Assembly: GCA_964447495.1 (NCBI GenBank)
Contig: CAYUTF010000037.1
Span: forward strand, 1 to 28,742
Direction of reading: 5' to 3'
DNA: 28,742 nucleotides
DNA from: an uncultured archaeon
GTDB lineage: Archaea > Asgardarchaeota > Lokiarchaeia > Sigyniarchaeales > SOKP01
The notes under the pieces were generated by a model. The model had not been told where the DNA came from. It made no database searches and saw nothing but the letters and a program-made list of their open reading frames with translations. This document shows positions 19,303-28,325 of this stretch, piece by piece (position 1 is the stretch's first letter; each line of letters begins with the position of its first letter). The position numbers and the translations under genes were made by a program.

Positions 19303-19764
19303 CTAACCCATCTTTATATCCCAATTATATTCAATTTTATCTGTGTTATAAGGTAAACGATACTCATCTGCTTCAGAATAGTTGTAAAGCTCTGTAGGAC
19401 AGTTGATTACCATAATTTCTTTTCCTCCAATCGCTTTAAATCCATGCCATACATTTGGTGGAATACTTACCAAAAGGGGATTTTTTTCTCCAAAAAAAAA
19501 TTCATTTATTTTTTTAAATGTTTGAGAGGCATTTCTGTCATCGTAGAGGACCAATTTTGCATTTCCTTTAATACACACCATGTTGTCAGTTTGAATTTTA
19601 TGAGAATGCCATGCTTTTACTACATTAGGAAAAGCAACAGTTATATAAACTTGCCCAAATTTTTTATACATTGGCCAGTCTGACCTAAAACATTCTTGGA
19701 GATACCCTCTCTCATCTAAAATTGGTTTCAATTCTTTTAATATAACTCCTTTAATTAAATCCAT
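19303..19764 (-). CDS. rmlC: dTDP-4-dehydrorhamnose 3,5-epimerase
   Basis: Cupin motifs DERG, VKAWHSH, IPPNVWHGF; lies between rmlA and rmlB. Confidence 0.9.
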   Translation of the reverse strand: MDLIKGVILKELKPILDERGYLQECFRSDWPMYKKFGQVYITVAFPNVVKAWHSHKIQTDNMVCIKGNAKLVLYDDRNASQTFKKINEFFFGEKNPLLVSIPPNVWHGFKAIGGKEIMVINCPTELYNYSEADEYRLPYNTDKIEYNWDIKMG

Positions 19765-19813
19765 AATCTTTCCATTTTATCTTAATTTTATAATTTTATA
19801 GTTATTACAATTT

Positions 19814-20554
19814 TTATTTCTTACTTCTTAAAGATTTAATAAAATTACTTGATTTTAATAGTGTATCAAAAGTACCAGCATCAGACCAAAATCCTTTAAC
19901 TTTTTTTGAAATTGTTTTGCCTCTTCTAATATATTGATTGTTTACGTCAGATATTTCTAATTCTCCCCGAGATGAATATCCTATTTCATTAATTACTTCC
20001 TGAATTATATCAAATATTTTCTCATTATAAAGATATAATCCCGTTACAGCATAACTACTTTTAGGGATTTTCGGTTTTTCCTCAATATTCTTAATTAAAA
20101 AGTCTTTATCAAGTTCGGCTACACCAAAACGAGTTGGGTCATCCACTTCTTTTATAAATAAAATACAATCATGTTTATTAGTTTCTTCGAATTCAATAAA
20201 TTCCTTTTCAAATGTGTCTTCAAAGATATTATCTCCTAAAATCACAGCAATCTTGTGACCTTCGACTATATTCTTAGTTAAACTTAACGCTTCTGCGATT
20301 CCCCCTGCTTTTTTTTGATAAACATAATTAAAATTAGCACCAAATTTCGAACCGTCTCCTAATAACTTAATAAAATCACCGACACTTTCACCCCCTAAAA
20401 CTATTGTTATGTCATGAATTCTTGAATTTGTAAGTGTTTTTATCACTTTATAGATCATTGGTTCGTTATAAACTGGTAAGAGATGTTTGTTAGTAACTTT
20501 AGTTAGAGGAAATAATCTAGTACCCGTTCCGCCCGCTAGGATAATTCCTTTAAT
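19814..20554 (-). CDS. rmlA: Glucose-1-phosphate thymidylyltransferase, apparently ATT-initiated
   Basis: An in-frame extension above the track ORF gives (I)KGIILAGGTGTRLFPLTKVTNKHLLPVYNEPM. Also LGDNIF, EEKP, GELEISD and WSDAGT. Confidence 0.92.
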   Translation of the reverse strand: MKGIILAGGTGTRLFPLTKVTNKHLLPVYNEPMIYKVIKTLTNSRIHDITIVLGGESVGDFIKLLGDGSKFGANFNYVYQKKAGGIAEALSLTKNIVEGHKIAVILGDNIFEDTFEKEFIEFEETNKHDCILFIKEVDDPTRFGVAELDKDFLIKNIEEKPKIPKSSYAVTGLYLYNEKIFDIIQEVINEIGYSSRGELEISDVNNQYIRRGKTISKKVKGFWSDAGTFDTLLKSSNFIKSLRSKK

Positions 20555-20722
20555 ATAAAACCACTTTACTATTTGACTTTATTTTGATTAATTTCTATTA
20601 ATTAAATTTATTAATAAAAGTTTAATAAATTAATTTTTGAAAATGATTTTGATTCTTGTAAAATGACAAGATTATCATTATATTGTTATAAAATTAACAT
20701 TTAATTTTATACAAAAAAAAAT

Positions 20723-23700
20723 TTAGATATTATTATTTCTAAATATCGTTAAATTCTTGTAGATATACAATGTTTCATTAAAGTGTTCAGGTATAAGGAC
20801 ATTCCATATATCTACGTAGTTATTAGCTCTTTCTTGATATTCATTGCTCTCATCAGATAGGATAAGATAATAGAACTCATTAATTCTCAAATAATCAAAA
20901 ATAGTCAAATAAGTAAATAAGCAATATTCATATTTATAGTTAGGATTCCAAGAAAAAGTAAAATCCTTAAGGTAAATAGAATAACCTGAATCGGGATCCA
21001 AAGTATACATATTGAGAGATGTAATTCTAGTTATGTTATTTTGGAAAAAGTAGGGACCATAATCTGTATCATTAATTACCATTTTCCATTGGTAATCACC
21101 TAAACTTGGGTAGTATTCAGATTCTGCATTAAAAATTATTCTTATTTCGTACCATAGGTTATTCGAAATGTTCATAACTTTTTGATAAAAACTACCGTTG
21201 TAACCATAAATAGCATTAGCTTCCACTTTTATAGCAATAGCTACAAGGTAAGAACCCGTTCCAAAATTAATATTAAAGATGTTAGACGCATTTGAGGTTT
21301 GAATAGAAAAATTGATTATTCCATAGCTCCTATCTGAATTAAAATAGGTTAAAACAGACACATTTTCATTATTATTGCTATCATTAATTTCGATCACATC
21401 TTCTGATCCCTTATAGGAATGATAATATTCAATACTACAATTAGGAGCAAGATTTTTGTAGGTGGTCCAAATATCAATTTCTTTATCTGCAGCTTCAATT
21501 GTCTCATCAATCAAATACACATTTACTTTAGCTATGTCATCAAGAAATTTATATAACTGGCCCCCATCAACAAGAATATTAGAATTGCGAGGTAAATTTT
21601 CCGATACCCATCCTGATATTTGAGCCTCCTCATCATTTATGACTTTATAACCATGATTATTTATCAACATACCAGAGATAATAGTATTTGAAAGGCAAAA
21701 AAAAATCAATACTGATACACCAAACCATTGACCTGATTTTCCTCTAAAACCTTTTAATTTAACTCTTCCAGCTTTTTTAACATAGGCTCTAAACTCAATA
21801 ATACCGATACTTGCTAAAATACTGAGAGGAATTATGGAATAATGCCATAATCTGTCAAACCAATAATATGAAGTCCCCAAACTCTTTCCTGGAAGAGTTA
21901 GAGGATTTGAAAAGGGATTACTTATCCAGTATAAAAAAAACACACCTAAAGCGGAAATAAAAGTAATAATAAACCAATTGAATAAAATATAGGTTAATCT
22001 CTGATCTTTCTTATAGGTAAAATAAATTAAATATATGGCGGTTATTCCTATAAAACCTATATAAAAAAAAAAAAGATGAAGAAATAAGGTAAAAAAGTAA
22101 AGGTCTCTTAAGGTCCTGATAAGATTTAAGAAAATGTCTAAAATGAAAAATCCTGTGAAAACTAAAAGCAATATCTGTAAGAGAAATTTGCTTGGTTTAA
22201 ACTGAACTTTTAGAACATGCAATTTTCTCAGTTTTTGATAATACTTAACAAATAGAACATATGTTATGATAAGAATGGTAAATAATAGTAAATAGATCAT
22301 AAATGCATTATAAAGAAGCCTTATGAAAAAACTCGAACTATCAATAATTAAATTAATCTTAAAGAAATAATTCAAGCGTGCCATGGCAGACCAACTAAAA
22401 AAGAAGTTATAAACCAAATCGAAAACCAAAAAGAACATGAAAAAGATGAAGAAACAAACGAATGCATGTAAAATTGTTTTTTGTCTATTAGGAGAAAAAA
22501 TAATCATAATAAAGATATAAATTACTGCGGGAATAATGGGTAGGAAATAAATCATGAAGCTTTGAATTAAAAAGTAAGTACCGATAATTATAAGACTCAA
22601 TTCTTCAGATTTGAATAATTTTTTTGCATTTATTATATTAGAACTTTTAAAAGTAGTCGTTATCAAGGTGATTGATAAAAAAAATAAAATGATTGCAAAT
22701 CCTTTATAGCGGAAATTGAATATGGCATCAAAAACAAACATCGAAACGTTCTCATATGCATTTACAGATTGATAAATATAAAATAGACTAGAAAAACTAA
22801 CGGTGAGAATTGTTGCGAGGATCGCAAATTTTTCCTGGAGTGTATTCAATAATGATTTCATGAATAGATATACGGAACAAATGAATAAATAGATGAAAGG
22901 AAACATCATTGCACCGATATTCATGACGGGAATACCACTTAAAGAGCTAAAACTAAAAATTATATAACTCCAATATATTGCATAGGTATAAAATTTATCA
23001 TTGGGAGTGGTATCCACCTTCCCAATATAGTTAGTATAATTAGAAGCCCTGCACGCGTCTAATCCGAATAAATATTTCGTGAACAATTGAATACTTAAAG
23101 CAATTATTATGATAGCGATTGCCATATAAATAATAAAGGCTGTGTTTCTCGATACTTCTATACTGTTTAATTCAATTAACGATTTTATTCTATTTCTACG
23201 TATCTCAATGATAACTCTTAGAATATATAGTGATATTAATATTAAGAACAGTGATATAGAGAAATAATCTCTTAACAGTCCTAACTGATCAAGAATTAAT
23301 GATACACTTCCAAGAAAACAAAATGAGAGGACCGGATATAAAATTATTTTGAGAAAGAAAGGTTCGACCTTTAATTTTCTATGAAGAGTCATGTTGGGAT
23401 AAAATATCTTGATAAGGCAAGAACCTGGAATGAATGCACTTCCAAGTAAAAATACAACCGCTCTAAAAACATTCAATGCAGACACTTGATGCCAATCTAT
23501 TGCCATTTGAGAAAAAGTTATTGGAGCAATATTGAATGTGATGATCATTAACACTATTATGATAAGAAAAATTGCCTCTTCGTTTGTAAATTGAAATTTA
23601 AATGAGCTTTTTTGATGGTCTGTATTTGAAGGATATCGGAAAAAATAAAAAATTCCAATTATAAAGAGTGCAAAACCAATTAATAGAATAATGGGAACAG

Positions 23701-23806
23701 TTGCAGAAGAGGGAAGATATATTGTCAAAAATATGAAATAAATTACAAGAAGTGAAAGGAATAAAAATGATTTCCAAAATAAAGATCGAACTTTGAAGCT
23801 TTTCAT
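20723..23806 (-). CDS. Large polytopic membrane protein, GT-C-like, with an extracellular beta-rich, sequon-rich C-terminal region
   Basis: About 700 aa of repeated hydrophobic segments, then E.QISGWVSENLPRNSNILVD and a soluble tail with 11 N-x-S/T sequons. The function is inferred. Confidence 0.6.
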   Translation of the reverse strand: MKSFKVRSLFWKSFLFLSLLVIYFIFLTIYLPSSATVPIILLIGFALFIIGIFYFFRYPSNTDHQKSSFKFQFTNEEAIFLIIIVLMIITFNIAPITFSQMAIDWHQVSALNVFRAVVFLLGSAFIPGSCLIKIFYPNMTLHRKLKVEPFFLKIILYPVLSFCFLGSVSLILDQLGLLRDYFSISLFLILISLYILRVIIEIRRNRIKSLIELNSIEVSRNTAFIIYMAIAIIIIALSIQLFTKYLFGLDACRASNYTNYIGKVDTTPNDKFYTYAIYWSYIIFSFSSLSGIPVMNIGAMMFPFIYLFICSVYLFMKSLLNTLQEKFAILATILTVSFSSLFYIYQSVNAYENVSMFVFDAIFNFRYKGFAIILFFLSITLITTTFKSSNIINAKKLFKSEELSLIIIGTYFLIQSFMIYFLPIIPAVIYIFIMIIFSPNRQKTILHAFVCFFIFFMFFLVFDLVYNFFFSWSAMARLNYFFKINLIIDSSSFFIRLLYNAFMIYLLLFTILIITYVLFVKYYQKLRKLHVLKVQFKPSKFLLQILLLVFTGFFILDIFLNLIRTLRDLYFFTLFLHLFFFYIGFIGITAIYLIYFTYKKDQRLTYILFNWFIITFISALGVFFLYWISNPFSNPLTLPGKSLGTSYYWFDRLWHYSIIPLSILASIGIIEFRAYVKKAGRVKLKGFRGKSGQWFGVSVLIFFCLSNTIISGMLINNHGYKVINDEEAQISGWVSENLPRNSNILVDGGQLYKFLDDIAKVNVYLIDETIEAADKEIDIWTTYKNLAPNCSIEYYHSYKGSEDVIEINDSNNNENVSVLTYFNSDRSYGIINFSIQTSNASNIFNINFGTGSYLVAIAIKVEANAIYGYNGSFYQKVMNISNNLWYEIRIIFNAESEYYPSLGDYQWKMVINDTDYGPYFFQNNITRITSLNMYTLDPDSGYSIYLKDFTFSWNPNYKYEYCLFTYLTIFDYLRINEFYYLILSDESNEYQERANNYVDIWNVLIPEHFNETLYIYKNLTIFRNNNI

Positions 23807-23993
23807 TATTTTATAAGGCTATAATGAATTTTGAATATCTAAAAATTCTTATTATTTTATCTTATCTTTTAATATTTAAAAAACTATTAATATTATCCAA
23901 ATTATTAAAAAACTCGTCTAAACCTATTTCTATCAATATTCTTAAATCATATAATAATTTATAATTATTACTAAATTTTCTACATTGATTTCT

Positions 23994-25043
23994 ATGGGTA
24001 AAATTAAAATTGGAATCATAGGGATTGGCAATTGTGCTAGTGCTTTAATTCAAGGCATAGAATACTATCGAGGATCGAAAAAAGAAGGACTATTACGATC
24101 AACTTTAGCGGGATATAAAATATCAGATATAGAGGTTGTTGCAGCAATTGATGTTTCAAAAGATAAGGTTGGAAAGGATCTATCTGAAGCAATATTAGAA
24201 AATGATTTAGATTTAATGGTAGAATTTCAAGAAGCTTTTAATGTAAAAGTTGAAATGGGACAAATTCTTGATGGGGTCATTAATCAAACGCAAAATAAGA
24301 TTAATCCCGCAGATCAAAAATCAATTGACCTCTCCGAATATTTCATATCTAAGGGTGCGGAAATGATTTTATGTCTTTTACCTTCTGGCGCAGATAATGC
24401 TGTTAGATTTTATGCCAATGAAGCTCTAAAAGCAGGCTGTGCTTTTATTAATGCCACACCTACAAATGTAGCAACTGATACAGAATTTGCTAAAAAATTT
24501 TATGATAAAGGGCTTCCATTAATAGGAGATGATTTGCAAGATCAATTTGGAGCAACTATTTTGCATAAAATGATTCTACAACAAATGCTTGATAGAGGAG
24601 TCAATATAAAAGAAAGTTATGCTCTTGATGTAGGAGGGGGCTCAGAAAGTTTAAATACCATATATCGAACACGAGAAAGAAAGCGAAAAATAAAAAGTAT
24701 GACTGTTGCAGGAGCATTGAATATTAGTGCTCCAATAGTTGCAGGAACTTCTGATTGGGTTGAATTTTTAGGAAATAAAAGAAATACCATGCTTTGGATT
24801 GTAGGAGAGGGATTTATGGGCTCTGAAGTTATTATGGATATTAAAATTCAAACCGAAGATGGTCCGAATGGGGGATCTGTATTAGCAGATGTGATTCGTG
24901 CTACGAAAATAGCGTTAAGTCAAGGCAATGCTGGTCCAATCAATGAAATTTCAGCATATGGGTTTAAAAATCCACCAAAAGCTCCAAAAAATCCCAGTGA
25001 AGCCAGTAGAGATTTAGCAAATTTTATATTAGGAATAATGTAA
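23994..25043 (+). CDS. Inositol-3-phosphate synthase paralog with divergent active-site motifs
   Basis: IGIIGIGNCASALIQG, FINATP, IGDDLQDQFGAT, LDVGGGSE, EDGPN and FKNPP. Confidence 0.85.
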   Translation: MGKIKIGIIGIGNCASALIQGIEYYRGSKKEGLLRSTLAGYKISDIEVVAAIDVSKDKVGKDLSEAILENDLDLMVEFQEAFNVKVEMGQILDGVINQTQNKINPADQKSIDLSEYFISKGAEMILCLLPSGADNAVRFYANEALKAGCAFINATPTNVATDTEFAKKFYDKGLPLIGDDLQDQFGATILHKMILQQMLDRGVNIKESYALDVGGGSESLNTIYRTRERKRKIKSMTVAGALNISAPIVAGTSDWVEFLGNKRNTMLWIVGEGFMGSEVIMDIKIQTEDGPNGGSVLADVIRATKIALSQGNAGPINEISAYGFKNPPKAPKNPSEASRDLANFILGIM

Positions 25044-25046
25044 GAA

Positions 25047-25051
25047 GAGGT
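25047..25051 (+). promoter_or_regulatory. Shine-Dalgarno motif GAGGT
   Basis: Located in the 14-nt gap between the two MIPS genes, 6 nt before the ATG at 25058. Confidence 0.65.
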
Positions 25052-25057
25052 ATATAA

Positions 25058-26194
25058 ATGAGTGATAATAAAGAAATTCGGATCGCTATCGCAGGTCTTG
25101 GAAATTGTGCTTCAGCACTGGTTCAGGGCATTGAATATTATAAAAACATTAAAGAGGAAGATATGTATATAAATGGATTAATGAATCCTAGTATCGGTGG
25201 ATATCTCCCCCGCCATATAAAAGTGGTTGCTGCTTTTGATATATCTGAGAGAAAGATCAATAAGGATATCTCGGAAGCGATATATGAAGAGCCTAATTGT
25301 TGTCAACATATTATCAATCCAGAAGATATGCCAAAAACGGGTGCGTTATGCTATCCTGGACCCATTTCAGATGGATGTTACAAAAATGAGGATCATTCAA
25401 TATCAACCTATGATTTTTTTAAAGCCTATGATGATACCAAAGTAAAACCAGTTGATGTTGCTCAAATTCTAAGAGAAAATAACGCAGAGATTTTGATTAA
25501 TATTATACCCGTAGGCAGTTATGAAGCGTCCCGAATCTACGCTCAAGCAGCACTCGATGCAGGATGTGGGTTTATAAATGGGATTCCTGAATTTATCGTG
25601 TCTGAACAAGTTGAAGGTGATAAAGATTGGGCAACAGAATTCAAGACCAAGGGATTACCATGTGCTGGTGATGATATTAAATCTCAAGTTGGTGCAACTA
25701 TTGCCCATAGAGTGTTAACTAAAATGTTCTTAGACAGAGGAGTAGTTGTAAATAGCACATATCAGTTAAATATCGGAGGGAACGGGGATTTCTACAATAT
25801 GAAACTTGAAGATCGGTTAACAACTAAACGTAAATCGAAAACTTCGGCAGTTACTTCAGTCTTACCATATCCAATTAAATGTCGCATTGGACCAAGTGAT
25901 TATGTTCCCTTTCTGGGAGATAAAAAAATATGCTACATTAGAATTGATGGTGTTACTTATGGTAATTTACCTTTAGTTTTAGATTTAAAAATTCGGGTAG
26001 AAGATTCACCAAATTCAGCAGGGGTTATGTTAGATATTATTCGTGTTATGAAACTCGCATTGGATCGGGGTATCGCCGGACGCTTAGAAAGCATAAGTTC
26101 TTTCTGTTTTAAACATCCACATATACAACCTCCTTCAGATGTAACGGCAAAACAATGGGTTACTGAGTTTATTGAAAGAAAGCGTGAACGATAA
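25058..26194 (+). CDS. ino1: Inositol-3-phosphate synthase (MIPS), canonical motifs
   Basis: GLGNCASALVQG, GDDIKSQVGAT, YQLNIGGNGDF, KRKSKT, DKKICY, EDSPNSAG and FKHP. Confidence 0.95.
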   Translation: MSDNKEIRIAIAGLGNCASALVQGIEYYKNIKEEDMYINGLMNPSIGGYLPRHIKVVAAFDISERKINKDISEAIYEEPNCCQHIINPEDMPKTGALCYPGPISDGCYKNEDHSISTYDFFKAYDDTKVKPVDVAQILRENNAEILINIIPVGSYEASRIYAQAALDAGCGFINGIPEFIVSEQVEGDKDWATEFKTKGLPCAGDDIKSQVGATIAHRVLTKMFLDRGVVVNSTYQLNIGGNGDFYNMKLEDRLTTKRKSKTSAVTSVLPYPIKCRIGPSDYVPFLGDKKICYIRIDGVTYGNLPLVLDLKIRVEDSPNSAGVMLDIIRVMKLALDRGIAGRLESISSFCFKHPHIQPPSDVTAKQWVTEFIERKRER

Positions 26195-26263
26195 TTATTT
26201 TTAATTATGTATTTTTCTTAGATTATATATTATATTCAATATTAACTATGGTTTGATGCTACT

Positions 26264-27043
26264 TTGGAAGGTATAATTTTAGCCGCAGGATTCTCTTCTC
26301 GATTCAATTTTGATGATCATTCATTTAAGAAATTTCTTTTACCTCTCAAGAAAACTATTATATTGAATTATGTGATTACCGCTATGTATCATGCGGGAAT
26401 TAGAACAATTAATATAATTGTTGATGAAATGGTCGATAAATCAAATTTAATAAATTGTTATTACGATTTTTGTAAGGAGACTAATTTAAGTACTATAGAT
26501 TTGTCGATTAATTTGATTGAAAATAAATATTCAGAACGAGAAAATGGTTATAGTTTATTTTTAGGAGTAAGTACTGTTAAATCTTCGAGTTTCATGCTTT
26601 CTATGGCAGATCATATTTTTTCTGACAACATCTATGAAATATTAATAAAGAATTATCGACAAGAAGATGTATTATTAGCTACAGATCCAATGAAGATTAA
26701 GGGTATTTACGATTTGGACGATTGCACCAAAGTCTTTGGAAAAGAGCTTTCCATTAAAAATATAGGAAAACAAATCCCTAAATATAATAGGCTTGATATG
26801 GGGGTTTTTATCATGAAGAGAAATCCAATAATAAAAATTTCTGATGAAATTGAAGCATCTAATCATAAATTCGGAGTTTCCGATATTGTAATTTCTACTA
26901 TTAAATCAAATTTAAAAGTTTCATATTTTGATTTTCCGCATACTATTTGGGTAGATGTGGATAATGATTTTGAATATGCTAAATTAAAAGAAAATTTTGG
27001 TAAATCAAACAAACTAAAACCCTTTAATTTGGATATTATCTAA
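26264..27043 (+). CDS. Inositol-phosphate cytidylyltransferase (IPCT-like NTP transferase)
   Basis: GIILAAGFSSR, ERENGYSL, MADHIF, D..TKV...IGK, DMGVF and WVDVD resemble archaeal IPCT. It lies directly downstream of MIPS. TTG start. Confidence 0.8.
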   Translation: MEGIILAAGFSSRFNFDDHSFKKFLLPLKKTIILNYVITAMYHAGIRTINIIVDEMVDKSNLINCYYDFCKETNLSTIDLSINLIENKYSERENGYSLFLGVSTVKSSSFMLSMADHIFSDNIYEILIKNYRQEDVLLATDPMKIKGIYDLDDCTKVFGKELSIKNIGKQIPKYNRLDMGVFIMKRNPIIKISDEIEASNHKFGVSDIVISTIKSNLKVSYFDFPHTIWVDVDNDFEYAKLKENFGKSNKLKPFNLDII

Positions 27044-27093
27044 TTACTCCATTTAAGAGGTTAGAATATTAAAAAGAAAGAAAATTACCTTCA

Positions 27094-28320
27094 TTAAATA
27101 ATATTGAGAACCTTTAATAGTCTTTCTGTAGAATTACCATCAACATATTTGTGAAACAAGTTTCTTGTTTCTAATCTCCTATCTTTATATTTTTTATCAA
27201 TTTCATCGATATTTTTTACTGCATCGATTAATTCTCTTCCTGTGTATATTAATGGACCTGGTGCTATTTTCTCAAAATTATAATAGAATCCTCGTCCCTT
27301 TTCCATAAATTGTTTAAAATCATAAGTGAAGAATAAAATTGGTCTGTTTAATAATAGAAAATCGCAATACACGGAAGAATAGTCAGTAATTAAAAGATTT
27401 GTTAAATATAATAGTTCTTGGATATCTGCATTTTGAGGTGCTCTCCTTATATTAGAATAGTCTTTAAAATTGACAACCTTTTCAAACATATGAGCTTTCA
27501 TTATCAAGAATGACTTTGATGCTTTTAATAAGTTATTTAATTCTACTAATTCATCTTTAGATAGGGGGAATTTAGCCGTAAAATTATTATCTCGAAATGT
27601 TGGAGCATATAATATTATTCTTTTTATTTCGTTGTCTATCTTATATTTATTTCTTAGATTTGTTTTAAATTTAGGAGTTTCATTAAAAAGAATATCATTT
27701 CTTGGATATCCCGTGCTTAGAATTTTTCTTGGAGAAATTTGAAAATAATTTACAATAAGTTTTTTATCTTTCTGAGTACCAGAAGGAGTAACAAAATAAT
27801 CCATATAATCTTCATTCACGATTTTTAATTTACATAATTTAGCAAACTTATTATACTCAATCGGGCCATGAGAGGTTTGATTTCTTTTATTTTGAACTCC
27901 ATGCCACGTACATACAAATATAGTATCGGGAGAGAAATCAATAGGTAAGACATCAAAAACTCCATGGGTGGTAAAAATGAATTTTGCTTTTCGTAATAAT
28001 CTAATTGTCATCAAGCTGAATTTATTAATCACTGTGTACCCTTTCGCATTAAGTTCTTTTAATAAATTTTGAGATGAGGTAATGATTATCGGCTTATACT
28101 CTGTATTTTTCTTTAAATATAAAAATATATATTTAATATTATCTATGAATGCATTTCCACCGTAAGTACTTAATAGTATTAACTTATCATCTACATCATC
28201 ACTGTAGAATCTGGAAAAAATTTTAATTACTGAGGAGTATAAGATTTCTTGAAAAAATTTATACATCTTAGTAGTTTTTATAAAATCTACTTTTTTAAGG
28301 AGGTTATTAAAAACTTTCAT
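27094..28320 (-). CDS. CDP-glycerol:glycerophosphotransferase family protein (TagF/TagB-like)
   Basis: DNIKYIF, TWHG, TGYPRND, ILYAPTFRD, KAH, LITDYSSV..DF and DGNSTER. Confidence 0.92.
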   Translation of the reverse strand: MKVFNNLLKKVDFIKTTKMYKFFQEILYSSVIKIFSRFYSDDVDDKLILLSTYGGNAFIDNIKYIFLYLKKNTEYKPIIITSSQNLLKELNAKGYTVINKFSLMTIRLLRKAKFIFTTHGVFDVLPIDFSPDTIFVCTWHGVQNKRNQTSHGPIEYNKFAKLCKLKIVNEDYMDYFVTPSGTQKDKKLIVNYFQISPRKILSTGYPRNDILFNETPKFKTNLRNKYKIDNEIKRIILYAPTFRDNNFTAKFPLSKDELVELNNLLKASKSFLIMKAHMFEKVVNFKDYSNIRRAPQNADIQELLYLTNLLITDYSSVYCDFLLLNRPILFFTYDFKQFMEKGRGFYYNFEKIAPGPLIYTGRELIDAVKNIDEIDKKYKDRRLETRNLFHKYVDGNSTERLLKVLNII

Positions 28321-28325
28321 TATAA

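Noticed and set aside
19165-19683. Two short + strand ORFs (63 and 79 aa)
   Set aside because: Antisense shadows of rmlB and rmlC.
20605-20631. 10-bp inverted repeat AATTTATTAA-N7-TTAATAAATT upstream of rmlA
   Set aside because: All A/T in a nearly pure-AT spacer, so it is expected by chance; no second copy was noticed.
22063-22074. A12 run (T12 on the coding strand) as a phase-variation site
   Set aside because: It encodes LFFFY in a hydrophobic segment of an AT-rich gene and the frame is intact.
25227-25445. 72-aa alternate-frame ORF
   Set aside because: Nested in the canonical MIPS gene.
26675-26866. 63-aa antisense ORF
   Set aside because: Shadow of the IPCT-like gene.
23994-27043. 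Complete di-myo-inositol phosphate operon
   Set aside because: No DIPP synthase domain is fused to or beside the IPCT-like gene. One could exist elsewhere in the genome.
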